This document shows, one piece after another, positions 10,657-20,231 of a stretch of 64,000 bases of DNA. This stretch comes from a bacterium (GTDB taxonomy: Bacteria > JAMOTN01). The notes below the pieces were generated by a model, which had not been told where the DNA came from, made no database searches, and saw only the letters and a program-made list of their open reading frames with translations. The stretch is taken from NCBI GenBank assembly GCA_027062325.1, contig JAMOTN010000079.1, forward strand, positions 361-64,360. Direction: 5' to 3'. Each line of letters starts with the position of its first letter. The stretch's first letter is position 1. The position numbers and the translations under genes were made by a program.

Positions 10657-11361
10657 TTAAATCTTCCCCCTCAAGCGCAAGCTTAATAGAACCAAGCCAA
10701 CACTAAAAAGTGCTACTACAAAGTTAAACCATTCTTTATTTCTGAAAAAACCTTCCTTTAAACTTCTCAAACTAAAATTAGGGATGAATTTATCTGGGAA
10801 AATTGCCCTCCTAACAGTTTTTCTAAACTCCACATACTTTTGATTAAATCTTCTTATCAAAGCTATTTCTTCAACAACTATACTCTTCACATAAGAGAAA
10901 AGATGAACTAAAAACACGATAATAGTCATTGGCCCCCCAAAAGCTATCACCAAAGAATATGTTGACAAAATACTTCCCACATACAAGGGATGGCGAACAA
11001 GCAAATAAACTCCAGTTTTACAAACATCCTTCAGCTTCTTCTCTGCTATCTCATATGAAGCCATTATACGCCATATTGAAGCCAACCCTAAAAACACCAT
11101 AGCTGTTATCAAACGGATAAAACTAAATCTTGCTTCAATAAGGCTGGCAACTAAAACCGTCCTCTGCAACCAAACCCTCTCTTTATTCACCTCTTTCACA
11201 ACAATCTCCAATCTTTTATCTTTTAACTCCTTTTCTGCCCAATCAGAATACCTCACCTGTTCAACTTTTGTTATCTTTTTATGCAAAACCTCCGCTATAT
11301 CCATTAGAACTCTGAGAACTCCTATCAAATACCCAAGTAACTTTGCAACCATCTTTATCAT
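10657..11361 (-). CDS. isoprenylcysteine carboxyl methyltransferase (ICMT/PEMT) family membrane protein
   Basis: GVYLLVRHPLYVGSIL motif (RHPxY) with flanking TM segments; ~70-aa charged N-terminal extension. Confidence 0.5.
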   Translation of the reverse strand: MIKMVAKLLGYLIGVLRVLMDIAEVLHKKITKVEQVRYSDWAEKELKDKRLEIVVKEVNKERVWLQRTVLVASLIEARFSFIRLITAMVFLGLASIWRIMASYEIAEKKLKDVCKTGVYLLVRHPLYVGSILSTYSLVIAFGGPMTIIVFLVHLFSYVKSIVVEEIALIRRFNQKYVEFRKTVRRAIFPDKFIPNFSLRSLKEGFFRNKEWFNFVVALFSVGLVLLSLRLRGKI

Positions 11362-11394
11362 CCTCCAACCAACTCCCCAGATTCCACAAATAAC

Positions 11395-11922
11395 CTACTT
11401 GACCTTCCACACCCTACCTATATCTAAAAAACCATCCCAATCTTCAAAACTTGTTCCCTTCAAAACCACCTTCAAACCAACTACATCATTAAAATTCATT
11501 TTGGCATCAGAAATAACTGTATGATAAAACCTAACCAAATCCCGAGGCTTCATCTCATCACTCGGAACAACATCTATCACAATAATTCCACCAACCTTGT
11601 AAGCAGCACGGCACTTCACGGAAAATTGAGCCACCTCAAATGCTTTATTCCAAAACACCTTTAAAAAATCCTCACTGGTAAAGAAAATATCAATCTTTTG
11701 CGGTTTTCCATCTTTGCCAATCATTTCAACATTCTTTTGTTTAACAATTTTACCAGTCAAAACTTCTTTTTCAGAAAAGAATTCCACATCTTTTTGGAAT
11801 TTATACCCCACTTGAGAAGCAATTTTTTCAAAAACTTCTGGTTTAACAGTGTACAACCAAAGCCCCGTAGTAAACACTGCAAATAGAAGCAAAATAAGGA
11901 ACTCACTTAACCTCTTGAACAA
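11395..11922 (-). CDS. hypothetical membrane-anchored protein (N-terminal TM, extracytoplasmic domain)
   Basis: ORF with hydrophobic N-terminus LILLLFAVFTTGLWLY; 20-nt overlap with the upstream gene. Confidence 0.4.
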   Translation of the reverse strand: MFKRLSEFLILLLFAVFTTGLWLYTVKPEVFEKIASQVGYKFQKDVEFFSEKEVLTGKIVKQKNVEMIGKDGKPQKIDIFFTSEDFLKVFWNKAFEVAQFSVKCRAAYKVGGIIVIDVVPSDEMKPRDLVRFYHTVISDAKMNFNDVVGLKVVLKGTSFEDWDGFLDIGRVWKVK

Positions 11923-12694
11923 TTTTTTCTATCCCCTCCTTCAAATCGATTGCACACTCATCAGACGGATCTACAAAAACATAAACTAAATTGTAATCAG
12001 CCAAAGATGCTCCATACAATGGCACTCCATTTCTATCAACAACTTCGTCAAAGTATATACCACACTCTCCTTGTCTGAACACAAAAACCTTGCTAACTCC
12101 AACTTTTGTATAAAACTCAACCGCTTTTCTAACATCACCCTTAAAACAGTATTTAACTCCCGTTTTTTTTGCCAACTCCTTTACCCACAGAAATATTCCA
12201 TTATCCACTACTACAAAAGCAACATTTTTTTCTTCTAGAATCAACTCTTTAGTAGTAACCATATCAAGTCCAGAAACTTTTATCTCTAACGTCGAAGAAT
12301 CAGTTTCAACAATTTCATAAGTAGGAGCTGCAGGAAAATCCTGGCGTTTTACTCCCTCAGTTTCATTCACAGTAGAATTTGAAAATGCCTTTTTAAAATA
12401 GCGGTAAACAATTACCTTGGGAACAATAACAGCATCTTTTTCTCTCTTAACAATAGCAGGTAATTCAACAACCTCTCCATTAAACACTGCAACATTTGAC
12501 CCTAATTTGATATACAACTCATCACTTCCCCACTTCAAAATAAATGATTCTTCACTCATCCACTCATAATTGAAGCCATAATTTTCAAGCTCTGTAAGTT
12601 CAAAGTAATTAAAATTTTGAGCATAAGACATATTAATAAACAACACTAATAACACACCTTGCAACACCCTAACTATTCTCAGCGAATTCCCCAT
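11903..12694 (-). CDS. hypothetical secreted protein (cleavable signal peptide)
   Basis: signal-like N-terminus ending SYAQN; no recognisable catalytic motif. Confidence 0.4.
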   Translation of the reverse strand: MGNSLRIVRVLQGVLLVLFINMSYAQNFNYFELTELENYGFNYEWMSEESFILKWGSDELYIKLGSNVAVFNGEVVELPAIVKREKDAVIVPKVIVYRYFKKAFSNSTVNETEGVKRQDFPAAPTYEIVETDSSTLEIKVSGLDMVTTKELILEEKNVAFVVVDNGIFLWVKELAKKTGVKYCFKGDVRKAVEFYTKVGVSKVFVFRQGECGIYFDEVVDRNGVPLYGASLADYNLVYVFVDPSDECAIDLKEGIEKIVQEVK

Positions 12695-12698
12695 AAAT

Positions 12699-13175
12699 TC
12701 ACACCCTGACCAAAGTTTTTATCTCCTTTCTCAAACGCCTTTCAACATCCTTTTTCATCTTATCTTCCCTTTTCTCGTACTTCTTCTTACGCCGTGCCGC
12801 AGCTATCATAACCTTTGCCCATCCAGAACGCGTAAAGTAAACTTCCAAAGGAATCACTACTATTCCCTTTTGGGATGTCAAACCCATTAAACGCTTTATC
12901 TCTCTCTTATGAAGTAAAAGCTTCCTAGGTCTTTCAGGATCATATCGATAAGGCTGCTTTTGATAAGGTGGAATATGCATTTTAATTATCCAAGCTTCAG
13001 AATTTTTTATACGGACATAAGCCTCCTTTATCGAACATTTCCCTTCACGTAACGACTTAACTTCACTTCCCAACAAAGATAGTCCAGCCTCATACTTTTC
13101 TAGCATTTCATAATCATGGTAAGCCTTTTTATTCCTAGCCACCACTCTGTAAACTGGACTGGTTTTATTTCCCAT
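12699..13175 (-). CDS. smpB: SsrA-binding protein
   Basis: VARNKKAYHDYEM...GSEVKSLREGK matches the SmpB N-terminal consensus; ~158 aa. Confidence 0.85.
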   Translation of the reverse strand: MGNKTSPVYRVVARNKKAYHDYEMLEKYEAGLSLLGSEVKSLREGKCSIKEAYVRIKNSEAWIIKMHIPPYQKQPYRYDPERPRKLLLHKREIKRLMGLTSQKGIVVIPLEVYFTRSGWAKVMIAAARRKKKYEKREDKMKKDVERRLRKEIKTLVRV

Positions 13176-13279
13176 GCAACAAAGCCTCCAAATAAAAACT
13201 CATATCAAAATTTGATTTTATCAAATCACAACCTTTTCAAACCACCCGATAAACCACTCAACCCTATTCTACACAGAAA

Positions 13280-13867
13280 TCACTTACCTAAAAAATCACC
13301 CACACGAACATCTCCTTCAGCCCTTCCAACCCAAACAGGGCCGTCATTCCACAATATTCTAACTCTACCAACTATTTTCACCCGCTGTATATTCAGTACC
13401 TTCTCTTTTCTATAAGCAAAATATTCAGCAGGCTCTATTGCAAAATCTCCAATTCTTTTTACAACCACCCGTGTATCTCCCCTAATAGTCTTTTCAACTT
13501 CCACAACTTCACCAACAAACTGAACTCTGTCCACATACCAATCATCAACGTATCTTCTTGCATCTTGAAAAGCTTTTAGACGGGTAAGCAGCACTCCCAA
13601 CAATTTGCCACTTTTCACTCTTCCATCGGCATACATTTCATAAGCCTTCTCATATTCTCCAAGCGCAAGGTAAATTCGAAATTTTAATTTGTTATAGGCA
13701 TCCTTCTGGCCATCAACTTTTATAGCAAAATCAACTTTTTCAAGAGCTAACCTGTAATTGCCTTCCCTAAAATTCTTCAACGCAGCCAAATAAGCCCTTT
13801 TACCTCTAATATCCGCCAAGCATAAGAGATGTAAGATAAGGACAATAATAATTCCGGCTCTAGCCAA
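13280..13867 (-). CDS. hypothetical secreted protein
   Basis: hydrophobic signal-like N-terminus; start overlaps the upstream M23 gene by 91 nt. Confidence 0.35.
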   Translation of the reverse strand: MARAGIIIVLILHLLCLADIRGKRAYLAALKNFREGNYRLALEKVDFAIKVDGQKDAYNKLKFRIYLALGEYEKAYEMYADGRVKSGKLLGVLLTRLKAFQDARRYVDDWYVDRVQFVGEVVEVEKTIRGDTRVVVKRIGDFAIEPAEYFAYRKEKVLNIQRVKIVGRVRILWNDGPVWVGRAEGDVRVGDFLGK

Positions 13868-14346
13868 TTTTCTCCCTCCTTAACTCCAAAGTGAAGATGA
13901 ACTCCAGTACTCCTTCCAGTATTTCCCATCAAAGCTATAATATCACCTGCACTAACAAATGTTCCTTCTTTTACCAAGACTTTACTGCAGTGAGCGTAGT
14001 AAACCTCCCCCCACACAGTAGAGAGAATCACGTATTTCCCCATGTATCTATCTTCTCCAACCTTTTCCACAATTCCATTACAGACAGCAAAAAGCGGCGA
14101 AAACCTCTCGTTCACTAGATCAATTCCTCTATGCATCTCCTTGCGATGAGTAATAGGATGCATACGCATACCGTAGCGAGAACTAACAATTCCAACAGTC
14201 GGTAATTTAATCTCTGCTATCTCCAAAGGTCTCATAACAAAATAAGACATATCAACAGGATCTAAATTAATTTCAAAGCTCGTCTCCATGTAAACTCCTA
14301 AAAACAAATAAAGCAACAAACTTAGTGAAACCATACTTTTCACCAA
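13777..14346 (-). CDS. M23 family metallopeptidase
   Basis: HRGIDL ... GNTGRSTGVHLHFGV (HxxxD / HxH zinc motifs of LytM/M23). Confidence 0.75.
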   Translation of the reverse strand: MVKSMVSLSLLLYLFLGVYMETSFEINLDPVDMSYFVMRPLEIAEIKLPTVGIVSSRYGMRMHPITHRKEMHRGIDLVNERFSPLFAVCNGIVEKVGEDRYMGKYVILSTVWGEVYYAHCSKVLVKEGTFVSAGDIIALMGNTGRSTGVHLHFGVKEGENWLEPELLLSLSYISYAWRILEVKGLIWLR

Positions 14347-14426
14347 CCATATACAATCACTAAAGTAGATATTAACTTATCGGATCTACAATTCAATACC
14401 CCAAAACTTACTTATTCTCTCTACCC

Positions 14427-15734
14427 CTACACCTCCAACTCATCAACCTCAACATTCTGCTCTCTTATCTTTTTCCAAACATCTGCCAAAAATTCAACAT
14501 TAGACTTATATTGACTCAATTTCTTTCTAAACTGTTGAATTGCTTCGTAAGGCGGCAGTGTATCTAAAACTCTTCTTATATACCAAACCACTTTCAGCTC
14601 ATTCTCATCCATCAGCAACTCCTCACGACGCGTACTCGACTTTTTAATGTTCACGGCCGGGAATATTCTCTTCTCAAATATTCCCCTATCCAAGACAAGC
14701 TCCATATTACCAGTTCCTTTAAACTCCTCAAATATTATGTCATCTTGTTTACTTCCAGTTTCTATTAGAGCAGTAGCAAGAATCGTTAAGCTTCCACCTT
14801 CCTCTATATTACGAGCAGCACCAAAAAACTTCTTAGGTTTGTAAAGCGCCAAAGGGTTTATACCACCTGTCAATGTCTGTCCCGTAGCTGGTGAAGATAA
14901 GTTGTAAGCACGCGCAAGTCTTGTTAAACTGTCCAACAATATCAAAACATCTTTTCCATACTCCACAAGGCGTTTTGCCCTCTCTAAAAGAAGCTCTGCT
15001 ATTCTAATGTGGCTGGTAACAGGCTTATCAAAAGTTGACGCCACAACAGTTGCCGAAGTTGACCTCTCAAAATCTGTTACCTCCTCAGGACGCTCATCTA
15101 TCAGCAAGACAAAAACTTCTACATCCGGATAGTTTTTTATGATACCATTTGCAATCTTTTTGAGCAAAGTTGTCTTCCCAGCTTTAGGAGGGGCAACTAT
15201 TAATCCTCTTTGTCCTTTTCCTATAGGAGTAACAAGGTCAATTATCCTCGTATCGAGTTCTTCTGGTTCAGTCTCCAAAAACAACCTTCCACTCCTTTCT
15301 CCCTTTTTCTTCTCACCCGGAAATATGGGAGTGAGATCCTCAAAGTTTCTGCGATACTTTGGCAACTCAGAAACAGGAATTCCATCCACAGCTATAACTT
15401 CAAGCATTCCCCTATACTTATCCGTTGGTCGTTTTTCTCTCACACGCGCAAGCAACCTGTCGCCGGGCCTCAAACCATACTTTTTTATAAACATATTTGG
15501 AACGAAAACATCATCATTTGAAACCTGAAATTCCCTAATCCTCAAATATGAATGCCCCTGACTATCCGCTGCAACATCCAACAAACCAATCTCTGCCATC
15601 TCACCTTTTGCTTCCATTATCTTTCTGTATATCTCATCTGGTGGGCTCTTCTTAGGCAGTCCAACATCCTCAGCAACTTGTCTTCTCTCCTTATCCTTCA
15701 TCTTCCACAACTCAATGTACTCCATAACTTCCAC
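14427..15734 (-). CDS. rho: transcription termination factor Rho
   Basis: [22 protein letters not shown] Walker A and full-length RecA-like ATPase with an N-terminal RNA-binding domain. Confidence 0.9.
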   Translation of the reverse strand: MEVMEYIELWKMKDKERRQVAEDVGLPKKSPPDEIYRKIMEAKGEMAEIGLLDVAADSQGHSYLRIREFQVSNDDVFVPNMFIKKYGLRPGDRLLARVREKRPTDKYRGMLEVIAVDGIPVSELPKYRRNFEDLTPIFPGEKKKGERSGRLFLETEPEELDTRIIDLVTPIGKGQRGLIVAPPKAGKTTLLKKIANGIIKNYPDVEVFVLLIDERPEEVTDFERSTSATVVASTFDKPVTSHIRIAELLLERAKRLVEYGKDVLILLDSLTRLARAYNLSSPATGQTLTGGINPLALYKPKKFFGAARNIEEGGSLTILATALIETGSKQDDIIFEEFKGTGNMELVLDRGIFEKRIFPAVNIKKSSTRREELLMDENELKVVWYIRRVLDTLPPYEAIQQFRKKLSQYKSNVEFLADVWKKIREQNVEVDELEV

Positions 15735-15772
15735 CCCTTAGCCGGAATTGTAAAAATGTAGCACTATTCAAC

Positions 15773-16744
15773 TTACTTAACAATGTATATAAGGTAAGAG
15801 GAAAGCAAGTAACCTATGAGGAGAACCAAACTTCCCCACTCAAACCTTTTAGTACGCGGCAGCGCCTCCTCCAACATCAAAATCACTATGGAAGCATTGA
15901 AAATTCCAGCTGCCGCCAAAATTAATGTCGGTTTCAAACTCAACGCTGAGAATATACTTCCTTTCCAAAATATATCAACGACCCCTATTATAGCAAGATT
16001 AAATATATTGCTTCCTATTAAATTACCAACCGCCATATCAAGATTTCCCCTTATAGCTGCAGGAACAGATACAGAAACCTCAGGAAGTGAAGTAACAATA
16101 GCTATAAACAAACCACCTATGAAACTCTTGCCCCAACCATAGTGATCTGCTATTTTATCTCCGTATTTAGCAAGTGCTATTCCACACACAAATATGATAG
16201 CTGCTAATACAACAAACTCCACTATTATCTTAGTTAAACTCTCTTCAACCTCTTCCTCGTACTCCTCCTCTTGATGAGCATTCCTAAGTGCCAATAGGTA
16301 AACTACGAACAAAAGAAACGCGTAAAACGATATCGTTCCAAATGTCAAAGGCAACCTAGAAGACACTGCAACCGCTACCAACACAATTGCTGTCATCAAG
16401 CTGGCAAATCCAAGCATAGAATTTGCAAACCTATGATTTTCAAAAGCAGCTGTATACGGCACACTTGTCGCTAAATCCACTATAGCTATGGAAAATAGAT
16501 TGAATACATTGCTACCAAGCATATCAGAAACTGCAATATCAGGTTGCTTTACAACTGCTACAGCTCCAATAGCAGAAGAAAGCTCTGGAAGGCTCGTAGC
16601 TGCAGCTAGGAATAAAAATCCTACAAATCCACTAGATAATTCAAGCTTTATGGCCAATTTCTCTCCAACATCGCTTAACAACTTGCCGCAAATCACTGTC
16701 AGAACGGCTGCAGAGATAAAAATTAACCACCATGTTGCTATCAT
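15773..16744 (-). CDS. Ca2+/Na+ antiporter (CaCA family, YrbG-like)
   Basis: two internal alpha-repeats GSNVFNLFSIAIVDL / GSNIFNLAIIGVVDI; ~10 TM helices. Confidence 0.75.
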   Translation of the reverse strand: MIATWWLIFISAAVLTVICGKLLSDVGEKLAIKLELSSGFVGFLFLAAATSLPELSSAIGAVAVVKQPDIAVSDMLGSNVFNLFSIAIVDLATSVPYTAAFENHRFANSMLGFASLMTAIVLVAVAVSSRLPLTFGTISFYAFLLFVVYLLALRNAHQEEEYEEEVEESLTKIIVEFVVLAAIIFVCGIALAKYGDKIADHYGWGKSFIGGLFIAIVTSLPEVSVSVPAAIRGNLDMAVGNLIGSNIFNLAIIGVVDIFWKGSIFSALSLKPTLILAAAGIFNASIVILMLEEALPRTKRFEWGSLVLLIGYLLSSYLIYIVK

Positions 16745-16803
16745 AAAATCTCCCCCTAAAAATATGGAAAATTCTCAAAAAGCATTCCACTTAAAACCAC
16801 TCT

Positions 16804-17523
16804 TTATAAAGATGTATAACTAGAAGTGATCCAGAAATTCTGCCCACCCAACTTTTCTCTCATCGCCGCTGTTAAACGTGTAATATAACTTGCCTGAACT
16901 ACACACCCTTTTTTAAAATCAAACCACACATCCCCCAATGTTACAACCTGATCCGTTACAACCTTAACTCTTATTCTAGCAATTCTTCTCCTATAAGTCG
17001 CATACCACTTGTAATGCAACTTCACAGTTCCATAAGGAGAAGAAACCATCTCATCCCAAGTGCTACCCCTTTTTACTGGAAAAAACGGCAATTTTAAAAA
17101 TATACCACCTAAACCACCTGTTCTCTTCAAAACCTCATCACCTTGGAATACCTCCAATACCTTCCCTGTTTCACTCATCAGAAAAACTTGGATTTGAGGA
17201 TCCACGATGGGAATCATAAATTCAAATCCTGCCACATCTTCTCTTTTTCCTATAAGAGTAGCAGGTTCATAGTTAACAGCAATGAGAAGTGGTTCATCAT
17301 CAGTCAAAGTTGCAACCTTCATCTTTCCCGTCACGTAAAAAGAGACAGAATTTTCCACCATTAACTTGACAGCATATCTGTAGTACATAAATCCAAAAGG
17401 CTTATATTTTAAGAATATCGCTCCTTTAGATCTGCCATATTTAGCTCTTCCATACACGCTACAGGTAATAAGCACTAGCAATATTAGCAGCCAAAACCGC
17501 ATTTTCAAGAAGTAATCTTTCAT
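16804..17523 (-). CDS. hypothetical secreted/lipoprotein
   Basis: signal peptide LLILLVLITCSVYG; overlaps the psuG 3' end, so the start may be the internal Met near 17502. Confidence 0.35.
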   Translation of the reverse strand: MKDYFLKMRFWLLILLVLITCSVYGRAKYGRSKGAIFLKYKPFGFMYYRYAVKLMVENSVSFYVTGKMKVATLTDDEPLLIAVNYEPATLIGKREDVAGFEFMIPIVDPQIQVFLMSETGKVLEVFQGDEVLKRTGGLGGIFLKLPFFPVKRGSTWDEMVSSPYGTVKLHYKWYATYRRRIARIRVKVVTDQVVTLGDVWFDFKKGCVVQASYITRLTAAMREKLGGQNFWITSSYTSL

Positions 17524-18376
17524 TAACCTTGAGCACCTCCCTATCAGTCATCTCAACCAATCTTGAAAGTACAAATGGAGTAACAGCACCACCCTTAACT
17601 CCTTTCATCTCCGCCTCAATTATTGCCTTCTCTATCAGCTTCTCAGCTTTTTCTTGAGGCATCACATCTTCTAAACCTTTACTAACAGGATTAACTACCA
17701 ATACGCCACCCGGAATACGCGCCTTAAATTTGAATTTCAACAACGAAGCTACCTCTTCAGCAGAATCAAACTTAACAACTGGATAATCTGTGGTCTTAAA
17801 GTAAAATGCTGGAAATCTATCGGTCTTATACCCAATAACGGGGACTCCCATTGTTTCAAGAAACTCCACTGTTTTTCTTAGATCCATTATACTTTTGACA
17901 CCACTTGAAACAACTGCCACAGGAGTTCTAGAAAGCTCAGTTAAATCTGTTGAGATATCAAAATTTTCCTCAGCTTTTCGTGCCACACCACCTATTCCAC
18001 CGGTAACCATGATTTTTATCCTGGCAAGATGAGCAGCAACCATTGTAGCCGCAACAGTCAACGCACCTGTTCTTTTCTTAACAATCATCCATGCAAGATC
18101 TCTTTTACTAGCCTTCTCAACTCCTTTACTCTCTGCCAATCTCTCTAATTCAGTTTCACTCAAGCCGATTTTCAATTTCCCATCAATTATTGCAATAGTG
18201 GCAGGCACTACCCCACGCTTTCTAATCTCATTTTCAATGGCTCTGTGCACCCGCAAATTATCAGGCTTAGGAAGCCCAAACGAAAGAACAACGCTCTCTA
18301 TCGCAACAATTGGTAAACCTTTTTCCTTAGCCGCCAAAACTTCCTCAGAAAACTCCATCCATTCCTCCAAGCGCAT
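17459..18376 (-). CDS. psuG: pseudouridine-5'-phosphate glycosidase
   Basis: GGIGGV...DIS.DL..L.RTPVAVVSSGVKSI.DL..T.E.LET.GVPVIGY.TD.FPAF matches the PsuG consensus; start trimmed to the internal Met (MRLEEW) to remove the overlap with the upstream gene. Confidence 0.75.
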   Translation of the reverse strand: MRLEEWMEFSEEVLAAKEKGLPIVAIESVVLSFGLPKPDNLRVHRAIENEIRKRGVVPATIAIIDGKLKIGLSETELERLAESKGVEKASKRDLAWMIVKKRTGALTVAATMVAAHLARIKIMVTGGIGGVARKAEENFDISTDLTELSRTPVAVVSSGVKSIMDLRKTVEFLETMGVPVIGYKTDRFPAFYFKTTDYPVVKFDSAEEVASLLKFKFKARIPGGVLVVNPVSKGLEDVMPQEKAEKLIEKAIIEAEMKGVKGGAVTPFVLSRLVEMTDREVLKVNERLLLENAVLAANIASAYYL

Positions 18377-18386
18377 AAAGCCCACC

Positions 18387-19643
18387 TCACATTTCCTCGC
18401 TCTTCTTAGCCTCAAATTGTTCTTGCCATATTCTATCTGCTTCAGCACGCAACCTCTCCTCAAGCTGCATGGTAAATAGCATACTCTCAGGAATTCCTAA
18501 ATCAACCTGACTTTCAACCGCATCTATAAAATCCCTTAATCTACCCCTATCATACTTCATTGCACTGACAACTAACACAACAACATCAGGCTCAGGATCA
18601 GAAAGCATTGTAGCAAGCAAATAAAGCTTCAAATCATCATCCTGAAGAGCCAAAATATCAGCTATAACCTTTGAGCGATCTTTTACCTCCGGGGAGGATA
18701 TTTTATCAAGAATTAAACCTTCTTTCAAAGCCCTTTGGGCTATATCTTCCATTTTAGCACCTAAAAATTCATTCAAAATTTCATGAACAACCCTTTCTCT
18801 CTCTTGAACCTTCTCTATATACTCAATATGCTCTGCTAGTTCATTAGCAAAGTACTTTTTAGCAACCTCTAAAGCCTTCTTACGTATATCACTAACTGGA
18901 TCATACAACAACTCCACAACAAATTCTTTTATTCTCGGAATATGCCGCTTATCCACCTTATCAACAATTTCCCCAAGCAAGTATGCAACACTGTCGCGAT
19001 TTGAAACCTGAGGTGACTTTATCATTTCGGAAATTTCACTTATAAGAGAAGCCTTAGCCAAAGTTAATATTGCTTTTATAGCAGCAACTCTCACTCTGTG
19101 CTCTGGATCAGAAATTTTTACCATTATGTGCGGAACAGCCTCAGTACATCCTGCTATTTCTAGTGCCTCAACAGCATTAGCTCTAACTCTTTCATCCGAA
19201 TGATCCAAAAACGCCACAAGTTTCTCACATACACGGCGACCAGCAAGCTCTCCTAAAGCCTTTACAACTGCCGATAAAACAAACTCATGTCGTTCATTCT
19301 TTATCAACTCTTCCAACTCTGGCACAAGTTCTACAAGTTTTTTATCACGTATATACTGAACAGCTTGCAATCTCTCTCTATAATCGTAAGCCGATAACAT
19401 CGCCCTTAACTTATCTGGATCCAAGGCATCGGGCACTCTAACTTTACTTCTTTTTTCAAGCAAATCTATGGCTTTTCTTGCCAAGTACTTTATCTCAGCA
19501 TTTGAATCCTTTGCAAACTCCCTTAGAAACTCAATAGCATCAGCATCTCCAATCTTCAAAAGGTAATTTATAGCCGCCTTTTTATGCTCAACTCCACCAC
19601 GCTTTAAAATATTCTTTATTTTGGTTCTTAGTTCATCAGTCAT
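18387..19643 (-). CDS. HEAT-repeat (PBS-lyase-like) protein
   Basis: repeated ~30-aa units with the E/D-x-x-VR-x-x-A-x-x-AL pattern (e.g. DERVRANAVEALEIAG, EHRVRVAAIKAI). Confidence 0.6.
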   Translation of the reverse strand: MTDELRTKIKNILKRGGVEHKKAAINYLLKIGDADAIEFLREFAKDSNAEIKYLARKAIDLLEKRSKVRVPDALDPDKLRAMLSAYDYRERLQAVQYIRDKKLVELVPELEELIKNERHEFVLSAVVKALGELAGRRVCEKLVAFLDHSDERVRANAVEALEIAGCTEAVPHIMVKISDPEHRVRVAAIKAILTLAKASLISEISEMIKSPQVSNRDSVAYLLGEIVDKVDKRHIPRIKEFVVELLYDPVSDIRKKALEVAKKYFANELAEHIEYIEKVQERERVVHEILNEFLGAKMEDIAQRALKEGLILDKISSPEVKDRSKVIADILALQDDDLKLYLLATMLSDPEPDVVVLVVSAMKYDRGRLRDFIDAVESQVDLGIPESMLFTMQLEERLRAEADRIWQEQFEAKKSEEM

Positions 19644-20227
19644 ACCTCAAAACTCACCCTCTCTTTTAGATAGAGCAAAACCTTATCAATTCCTTCTCCT
19701 GTTTGAGCACTTATAGGAAATACTGAAACATCCGTTATACTTTTAATATCTCCCGCCAATTTTTTAACAGCATTACCTTTTTGAGATTTAGACAACTTAT
19801 CAACCTTATTGAGCAGTACAATACAATCGTATGAAAAATCTTGCCAGCTTTCAAGGAAGAATACATCGTAATCACGCAATCCTCTCCTGATATCAACAAT
19901 TAATACAGCTACATCAACTTTTATTTCATTCAAAAAACGTTCGACAAGTTCAGAAAATCTGACAGCTTCTCTTCGCGAAACTTTTGCAAATCCATACCCG
20001 GGAAGATCAACAATACATCCTTTGCGACATGTATAAAGATTCAAACTTACAGTCTTCCCGGGCTTTTTAGCAACATAGGCTACTTTAGATCTTGTCAAAA
20101 CGTTTATAAAGCTTGATTTTCCGACATTTGAATAACCTGCCGTTATCAATATTGGCTCCCTCAATTTTCGTTTAAAACTCTCTAATTCTTTCACATTCCA
20201 GCATGTAGCTTCAAGCTTAATTCCCAC
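19640..20227 (-). CDS. engB: ribosome biogenesis GTP-binding protein YsxC/EngB
   Basis: G1 GYSNVGKSS, and DLPGYGF characteristic of EngB/YihA; ~195 aa. Confidence 0.85.
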   Translation of the reverse strand: MGIKLEATCWNVKELESFKRKLREPILITAGYSNVGKSSFINVLTRSKVAYVAKKPGKTVSLNLYTCRKGCIVDLPGYGFAKVSRREAVRFSELVERFLNEIKVDVAVLIVDIRRGLRDYDVFFLESWQDFSYDCIVLLNKVDKLSKSQKGNAVKKLAGDIKSITDVSVFPISAQTGEGIDKVLLYLKERVSFEV

Positions 20228-20231
20228 ACTA

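Noticed and set aside
13176-13279. Possible tmRNA (ssrA) next to smpB
   Set aside because: The flanking intergenic space is only ~100 nt and AT-rich, with no tRNA-like acceptor/T-arm sequence. ssrA must lie elsewhere.
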